This document shows positions 1 through 5,384 of a stretch of DNA of 12,885 nt, piece by piece (within the stretch, counting starts at the first letter, position 1; each line of letters starts with the position of its first letter). The DNA lies in the NCBI GenBank assembly GCA_031372065.1, contig JANMKN010000153.1, forward strand, positions 1 to 12,885, written 5' to 3'. The notes beneath the pieces were generated by a model. It was given only the letters and a program-made list of their open reading frames with translations, searched no databases and was not told where the DNA came from. Both the position numbers and the translations under genes were made by a program. Origin of the DNA: Abditibacteriaceae bacterium (GTDB lineage: Bacteria > Armatimonadota > Abditibacteriia > Abditibacteriales > Abditibacteriaceae).

Positions 1-297
1 GTCGCCTTTGAGCGTGTGGAGCGGCGTGCCTGTGTGCGTGCCGCGCGCCGTCCAGTGACCGACGACGGTGTTTCCGCTGCCCAAAATATGCTCGATGGTG
101 AACTTCAAATCGGGAAACGCACCGCGCAGCATCGTCACCAGATTTTTGAATTCCTGACCGCGATACGGCTCGACGTGCGTGGGATTGGTGAACTCGAATT
201 CGTCCGCGAAATAGTTATCCACGAACGATAAATCGCCGTTGCTCATCAGTTCGGCATAGTAGCGGCGGGCGAGTGTTTTATTTGCTTCAACCGACAT
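1..297 (-). CDS. SnoaL-like ester cyclase family protein (3' end outside window; absent from ORF track)
   Basis: Manual translation from ATG at 297-295, open to base 1: MSVEANKTLARRYYAELMSNGDLSFVDNYFADEFEFTNPTHVEPYRGQEFKNLVTMLRGAFPDLKFTIEHILGSGNTVVGHWTARGTHTGTPLHTLKGD. Has the N-terminal 'NKxLARRYY' helix plus AFPD and GTHxG motifs of SnoaL ester cyclases. SD context AAGGAGAGCATTA-ATG. Confidence 0.9.
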   Translation of the reverse strand, partial: MSVEANKTLARRYYAELMSNGDLSFVDNYFADEFEFTNPTHVEPYRGQEFKNLVTMLRGAFPDLKFTIEHILGSGNTVVGHWTARGTHTGTPLHTLKGD

Positions 298-321
298 TAA
301 TGCTCTCCTTGATAACGCCAA

Positions 322-744
322 TTAGGGCGCCAAAACTTCGCCGATATTGGTGAAACCGGCCCACGTTTTCTTAATCTCGCCAGCCTCGTTCAGCTTGGTG
401 AAATGCACGCCAGTGATGGTAACCTGGCGATTGGTCGGCGCAAAGCCGGCAAACGAGCCAGCGTGCGTGCCGTTCATGTGAAACTTAGTGCAGATAATTT
501 CACCATCAGAAACGATGTTGTCAATGTGATAGGAAATGTCGGGAAACGCGCCGCGAAAGGCCTTGACGCGGGCTTTGAAAGCCTCGCGGCCCGATTGCGC
601 CGGGCCAGCGTTGGCGGCTAAAGCGGGCGCGTCGAATTCGTAATCTACGGCATAAATCTCGTCAATCATGTCGAGATTGTTGTCCGTCAAAACGTCTTTA
701 AAAAGGCGACCCAACACGCCTTTGGCTTCTTCTGATGTCTTCAT
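322..744 (-). CDS. SnoaL-like ester cyclase family protein
   Basis: 140 aa with GAFPDI, GTHAGSFAGFAPTNRQVTITG and terminal GEIKKTW strand; SD context GAGGAGAAATTCC-ATG. Confidence 0.9.
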   Translation of the reverse strand: MKTSEEAKGVLGRLFKDVLTDNNLDMIDEIYAVDYEFDAPALAANAGPAQSGREAFKARVKAFRGAFPDISYHIDNIVSDGEIICTKFHMNGTHAGSFAGFAPTNRQVTITGVHFTKLNEAGEIKKTWAGFTNIGEVLAP

Positions 745-771
745 GGAATTTCTCCTCTGGTCGTTAATGAT

Positions 772-1218
772 TTACGGATGCGCGCCATGCGATCCAGCGG
801 CGATCAAAGCAGCGCGTAGCGGCACACCATATTCGCAAATGCGGCAGGTTTTGATCTTGCCGTTTTCAAATTCGAAAAACCACAGTTCTCCGCCCTTGAC
901 GTGTTCATGGGAAGCGGGCACACCAGCGAAATCTTTTTCGTGCGTGCCGTGATAAGCCAAATCAGCGGCGACGGCATCGCCTTCGGCCACCAGAAACGGA
1001 ATATCGCATTGCACATCGGGAAACGCGTCGGTGAAACCCATCACGCTCATTTTATAAAGCGCGTTGCCGTTGGCTTTTCCGTCGGCCATCGGCACGCCGG
1101 GCGCTTCCAGCACCAAATCGGGCGCACAAATTTCATCGTGAATCGCCTCGTAATTTTTCTGGTTCAAACCTTGTTCGACGAAGCGCCGGATGACGGCCTC
1201 GTTTTGTTCAGCAGACAT
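772..1218 (-). CDS. SnoaL-like ester cyclase family protein
   Basis: 148 aa with NEAVIRRFVE, DAFPDV, VAEGDAV, GTHEKDFAGVPAS and FENGKI; SD context AAGGAGATTTGA-ATG. Confidence 0.9.
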   Translation of the reverse strand: MSAEQNEAVIRRFVEQGLNQKNYEAIHDEICAPDLVLEAPGVPMADGKANGNALYKMSVMGFTDAFPDVQCDIPFLVAEGDAVAADLAYHGTHEKDFAGVPASHEHVKGGELWFFEFENGKIKTCRICEYGVPLRAALIAAGSHGAHP

Positions 1219-1229
1219 TCAAATCTCCT

Positions 1230-1257
1230 TTCGATTTACGTCATTCGATTTACATCA
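1230..1257. repeat. Tandem 14-bp direct repeat (2 copies, 1 mismatch)
   Basis: TTCGATTTACGTCA (1230-1243) followed directly by TTCGATTTACATCA (1244-1257), abutting the SD of the 772..1218 gene. Confidence 0.8.
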
Positions 1258-1270
1258 CGCCTTGTGGCGC

Positions 1271-1693
1271 TTAGGCCAAACGGTCAGGCAAGGCTTTGAG
1301 CGGCACGCCCGCCCAAATGAAATTGTCGTAATTGTGCTGATCGCCCATAATCACACGAACTTCGGCGATTTTGCCGTCTTTGATCGTGTAATAATTGCAG
1401 TTGAAGGCTTCGAGTTTGGTGCCTTCAAAGTCGCCGCTTGCCTGATAAATTTCAGCCACCGCGCCGTTGCTCAGTTCGCCCATACCAAGCGGCGTGACTT
1501 GCGCGCCGAGTTTGCGAAGCGCACCAAAAAACGCCAGCACTTCGCCGACGCCCTGCTTGGTTCCGGCCAGCGGATGATGACCTGGAACGTGCCAGACCAC
1601 ATCTTCGGCTAACACTTCATTTTTCAGCGTTTCCATGTCGCCGCCTTTGAAACACTGATACATCTTGTGAACGATTTCTACGTTGTCAGACAT
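1271..1693 (-). CDS. NTF2/SnoaL_2-like (ketosteroid isomerase-like fold) protein
   Basis: 140 aa: NVEIVHKMYQCF..GD, LAEDVVWHVPGHHPLAGTKQG..EVLAFF, IKDGKIAEV; SD context AAGGAGATTC-ATG. Confidence 0.88.
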   Translation of the reverse strand: MSDNVEIVHKMYQCFKGGDMETLKNEVLAEDVVWHVPGHHPLAGTKQGVGEVLAFFGALRKLGAQVTPLGMGELSNGAVAEIYQASGDFEGTKLEAFNCNYYTIKDGKIAEVRVIMGDQHNYDNFIWAGVPLKALPDRLA

Positions 1694-1716
1694 GAATCTC
1701 CTTTAAAGTGAGAAAA

Positions 1717-2193
1717 CTAAAGCGTGGCAAAGCCGGGCGCATATTCAAATGGTTTTACGGCGGCGTTGTAGAACGTGATTTCCAACCCAAAAGTGTTGAA
1801 CGCGCCCTTCTTTTCTGTTGGGCGAATCACCCATTTTTGAAAGGCATACATCGAAGTGCGATGCGATTTCGCGTCTTGCATGAGGCCCGTTGGATTGAAC
1901 CAACTCGCCTGCCATGCCACCACAATGCTCAGTTCGGCTTGCTCCTCGCTCGCGTTGGCAATATCCACGCTAACCACATTGTGGCTTTCATCGAAAAACG
2001 TCTTGATGATAATATCCACATACCATTTGCGAAAACCTTCGTAGCCGGTAAAAGGCGGATCGGGCGGAAAATTCATTTCCACATCGTCGGCCAAAAATTC
2101 GAGGCAGTTTTCGACAGGCGCGTGAATATCGAGGGCGTTATACCAAGCCGCCGCAAAAGCTTTGATGTTCTTTTCGCTTAAAACCTCAGTCAC
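1717..2193 (-). CDS. SnoaL/NTF2-like fold protein (start revised to GTG at 2193, 158 aa)
   Basis: The SD AAGGAG overlaps the TAA of the upstream ThDP gene, then AAATTT-GTG (2193-2191). Protein MTEVLSEKNIKAFAAAWYNALDIHAP...LADDVEMNFP...GYEGFRKWY...FFDESH shows the NTF2 helix / ADDV-x-M-x-FP / G-x-EG pattern. The ORF-track start at 2265 lies inside the ThDP gene. Confidence 0.8.
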   Translation of the reverse strand: MTEVLSEKNIKAFAAAWYNALDIHAPVENCLEFLADDVEMNFPPDPPFTGYEGFRKWYVDIIIKTFFDESHNVVSVDIANASEEQAELSIVVAWQASWFNPTGLMQDAKSHRTSMYAFQKWVIRPTEKKGAFNTFGLEITFYNAAVKPFEYAPGFATL

Positions 2194-2203
2194 AAATTTC
2201 TCC

Positions 2204-3910
2204 TTACTGCCCGCACGTGTTGCCAACGCGTTCGGGATGCACATCGCCTTCAAGCACAAGGTCAATCAAAAACGGGCCGGGCGCGGCCAGCATTTGTTCA
2301 ACGGCGGCTTTGATTTCCCACGGTTTTTCGACGCGCACCGCAGCCACGCCCATCGCACGCGCCAAATCAGCAAAATGAATCGGTGGATACGACAAATCGA
2401 ACGGCATTGGATGATCGTGTTTTTCGATGCCACGCTCTTTCCAGTAGGCATCAATATTGAGTTGCAAAAGCCGATACGAGCCGTTGTTGCAAACTACAAA
2501 TTTCGCCGCCGTATTATGGCGCGCCGCCGTCCACATCGCTTGAATGGTATACATCGAGCCACCGTCGCCGCTAAAACCAATGACGGTGCGCTGCGGGTTG
2601 GCGATTTTTGCTCCAATGGCACCGGGAAAGCCCACGCCCAAGGAACCGCCGCGCGTCAGAAAATAATCACCGGTTTTTTCGGGCTGAAAATAATGCGCCA
2701 CGGCGGGCGAACTGGTCAGCGCTTCATCGAAAATAATGGCATCTTCTGGCAATTGCGCTTGCAATTCTTCCATGAAGCGCGCCATATGCATTGGCACATC
2801 TTCGCGCGCGGCAACATTGGCTTCATCTATTTTGGCGTCTTTTTCGGCGCGCGCTTTTTTCAATTCGTCGGTGCGCGCCTGAGCCGCCATGCGCTGATCG
2901 TCACTCAAAATGTCTTCGAGATGCTCGGCCAAACGCGCCAGTGAAAGTTTCGGATCGCCCAGCATCCCCATGTCAACCGGATGATTCTTCGCTATTTCGT
3001 AAAGATTCAAATCAATGTGAATCGTCTTGGCATCAGGCGCGAAAATATCGCCGAGTTCCGGGAAAACTTCAGGCAAAATGTAGGTGCCGCAAACTAAGTT
3101 CACATCGCCTTTTTGCATGATAGGCAAACTGGCGTAGCCGAACATATGACCCGTCATGCCTTGATACAGCGGATGTGCATAGGCCATGTTCACTTCGCCC
3201 GCATCGGCTTCCCACACTTCGGCGCCCAGCAATTCGGCAACGCGCGTCAGTTCCGCTTGCGCCCCCGAAAATGCGATGCCGTCGCCAATGAAAATCATCG
3301 GTTTTTGCGCGGCAGCTAAGGTTTGCGCGGCTTCGCGCAACAAAGAATCTTGGGGCAAAACGCGCGTTGAGGGTAGCGAAGTCGGACGCACGGGTTCAAC
3401 AACGGGCGCGTCCAAAATGTCTTGCGGCACGCAAACGTAAACCGGCCCCATCGGTGGCGTCGCGGCGATTTTAATGGCGCGGCGCAAAACGCGCAGCAGC
3501 GATGATGGCTCAAGCACCATCGTGCTCCATTTCGTCACCGGCTCCATGATGGCAACCAAGTCAGCCGCCATTTGCGCGTCCATCGCTTGGTATTTGATGC
3601 CAGCGTCGCCGCCAATCATCACCAGTGGCGAATGACCGCGCTTGGCTTGATACATCGCACCAACGCCATTGCCGATGCCGGGCGACGAATGCAGTTGCAC
3701 CAGCGTTGGTTTTTGCGTGGCGCGAGCGTAACCGTCTGCTGTCATTACCGCGATGCTTTCCTGAAGAGTCAGGATGTATTTCATCTGCGGATAAAGCGCC
3801 AGTGCGTCGAGAAAGCCTTGCTCCACCGTGCCGGGATTGCCAAACATATGGTCCATCCCGTCGGCGAGAAATTGTTCGAGAATTGCCTGGTGGCCGTTCT
3901 TTTCAGGCAT
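2204..3910 (-). CDS. Thiamine diphosphate-dependent enzyme, benzoylformate decarboxylase-like subfamily, substrate unknown
   Basis: 568 aa: FGNPGTVE, LQE (catalytic Glu51), ADGYAR, LHSSPGIGN, and the ThDP/Mg motif GDGGSMY...VCNNGSY. Confidence 0.93.
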   Translation of the reverse strand: MPEKNGHQAILEQFLADGMDHMFGNPGTVEQGFLDALALYPQMKYILTLQESIAVMTADGYARATQKPTLVQLHSSPGIGNGVGAMYQAKRGHSPLVMIGGDAGIKYQAMDAQMAADLVAIMEPVTKWSTMVLEPSSLLRVLRRAIKIAATPPMGPVYVCVPQDILDAPVVEPVRPTSLPSTRVLPQDSLLREAAQTLAAAQKPMIFIGDGIAFSGAQAELTRVAELLGAEVWEADAGEVNMAYAHPLYQGMTGHMFGYASLPIMQKGDVNLVCGTYILPEVFPELGDIFAPDAKTIHIDLNLYEIAKNHPVDMGMLGDPKLSLARLAEHLEDILSDDQRMAAQARTDELKKARAEKDAKIDEANVAAREDVPMHMARFMEELQAQLPEDAIIFDEALTSSPAVAHYFQPEKTGDYFLTRGGSLGVGFPGAIGAKIANPQRTVIGFSGDGGSMYTIQAMWTAARHNTAAKFVVCNNGSYRLLQLNIDAYWKERGIEKHDHPMPFDLSYPPIHFADLARAMGVAAVRVEKPWEIKAAVEQMLAAPGPFLIDLVLEGDVHPERVGNTCGQ

Positions 3911-3919
3911 GACGTTTAA

Positions 3920-4049
3920 AATGCGGAGTGCGGAGTGCGGAATATAGAGTGGGATTGTGTGCTACGCACATTTTATAAGCAGCGTCCTGCCCAAAGGGCA
4001 CCCGCGCCACCAAAACAATTCCGCACTCTACATTCCACATTCCACACTC
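3920..4049. repeat. Intergenic imperfect inverted repeat built from 7-bp units (REP/MITE-like element)
   Basis: Left arm AATGCGG AGTGCGG AGTGCGG AATATAG AGTGGGA TTGT (3920-3958). Right arm (4015-4049) reads, as reverse complement, G AGTGTGG AATGTGG AATGTAG AGTGCGG AATTGT. Internal mini-hairpins TGTGC-TAC-GCACA (3958-3970) and TGCCC-AAA-GGGCA (3988-4000). Confidence 0.8.
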
Positions 4050-4053
4050 AAAA

Positions 4054-4881
4054 TTACCAGCCCCAGCGGGTTAAGCCTTTTTCCAGTGTCTCAACCATTT
4101 TCTGGCCGGTGAGATAGGAATCGGGCGTGGAACGGCCCGTGATGAACGGAAAATCCACGATGCAGGAGGTTTCCTTGCCGAAGTTGCCGATGTAGGCGCC
4201 GTCCGGGCCGGTAGCATCGCGCAAAATATATTCGAGAGGATAAGGAGGCGGCCCCATGTTGATGTCGGCATTCATGAAACCGGTGCCATCTTTGTAGTCG
4301 TATTCTTTGCAATGCCCGGTGACGTGCTTGCCCCAGATAATGCTTTTGCGGTCTTCCCAATCGCGGGCAAAGGCCAAACACGCCACGCCATAACACTCGG
4401 CGCCAATCGGCTTGCCAGCTTCCTTGAAGGCCATAATGATGTCATGGACGCGTTGATTGTTGACCATGTCTACAATCGGGCCGCTGCCACCAACCAAAAG
4501 CATGGCGTCGTATTGCGAAAGCCAGTCCTGCGAAGCTGCGTCCACGCCGTTGTGGTATTCCTCCAGTTCGCGAATGAGATTGTGCGAACTGAAATACGGA
4601 CGCTCCGGCATCTTTTCGGAAATGTTGATCGGATTGTCGAGGCGCGGCGATTTATCAATTGCTTGAACTTTGGCGGCGACCTCGGCGGAAGTCACGGATT
4701 TGCCGAGCGGCGGATCAATGTATTCCGGATCCATGCTGGGCGGCAACGCGACAGGACGTTTGCCTTTGGGTGTGGCGAAGTCTACTTCGTAACCGGCGGC
4801 GTCGAAAGTTTCCAGTGGGCCAATCAGTTCTTCGCCCCAGAAACCATATTCGGACAGGATGATGAGGATTTTTTTTGCCAT
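4054..4881 (-). CDS. DJ-1/PfpI (class I glutamine amidotransferase-like) family protein
   Basis: 275 aa: KKILIILS..GFWGEEL..P...F..AGYEVDFATPKG, YDAMLLVGGSGP, GKPIGAECYG (nucleophile-elbow Cys163), ITGRS; SD context AAAGGGGAGACAGAG-ATG. Confidence 0.92.
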   Translation of the reverse strand: MAKKILIILSEYGFWGEELIGPLETFDAAGYEVDFATPKGKRPVALPPSMDPEYIDPPLGKSVTSAEVAAKVQAIDKSPRLDNPINISEKMPERPYFSSHNLIRELEEYHNGVDAASQDWLSQYDAMLLVGGSGPIVDMVNNQRVHDIIMAFKEAGKPIGAECYGVACLAFARDWEDRKSIIWGKHVTGHCKEYDYKDGTGFMNADINMGPPPYPLEYILRDATGPDGAYIGNFGKETSCIVDFPFITGRSTPDSYLTGQKMVETLEKGLTRWGW

Positions 4882-5100
4882 CTCTGTCTCCCCTTTCTAC
4901 AGGTTTGTTCGTGCGGCTAACGACAGGAAACGACTGGCAGCAAGGTGCAAGAGCGTTGATTTGTTGCAGAGATTATGTGATTGCAACCCAAATGATCTAT
5001 GGTTAGCGACAAGAATGCCTTGAGATCATTCAACAGCGTCATCACCGATAGATTAAAGATGTGCTATCTGGCGTGCTGCTTATAACTGCTGCCTTGCTAA

Positions 5101-5128
5101 ATTATAGTTCATATCCGCGTCGCGTCAA
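5101..5128 (-). promoter_or_regulatory. Putative sigma70 promoter of the DJ-1/ThDP/SnoaL operon
   Basis: Minus strand TTGACG (5128-5123), 16-nt spacer, TATAAT (5106-5101), preceded by an A/T-rich UP-like tract (about 5131-5150). It points toward the DJ-1 gene. Confidence 0.65.
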
Positions 5129-5384
5129 CCACTTTTTCAATATTCTTTTAGTTGATTTTGTGTCAAAAATCTCCTTAAACGTGGGCATTACCTACGATCA
5201 CATTTTGACGTGCAAAAATGGTATTCCACTGCTGTGACATCAGTGAAATATTTGTCCTGAGTTGTTCTCAAAGGATGTATCAAATATTAAAAGAGCCTTA
5301 GAATAATTGGCTTTTGTCGTGTTCAATGCCCAAAACAGAATTTCCGATCATGTTTTACAGTATTTCTGCTCCTAAATACCTTTC

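Noticed and set aside
2194..2265. ORF-track N-terminal extension of the 1717..2265 ORF
   Set aside because: It overlaps the ThDP gene; the GTG at 2193 has a well-placed AAGGAG SD.
2204..3910. Naming the ThDP enzyme ilvB, mdlC or scyA
   Set aside because: The motifs fit the BFDC-like group but differ at key residues. No AHAS small subunit, mandelate genes or scytonemin genes are in the window.
3920..4049. Possible CRISPR array
   Set aside because: Units are 7 bp, contiguous and inverted between arms, with no spacers and no cas genes.
16..4920. Plus-strand ORFs over the operon (e.g. 16..231, 901..1299, 1190..1612, 1708..2181, 2162..2944, 4312..4920)
   Set aside because: They are antisense shadows of well-supported minus-strand genes and show no recognisable motifs.
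4882..5100. TPP or fluoride riboswitch in the operon leader
   Set aside because: No CUGAGA or ACCUGAU TPP core. The GUGAUGAC stretch lacks the upstream GGxGAUGG element of fluoride riboswitches.
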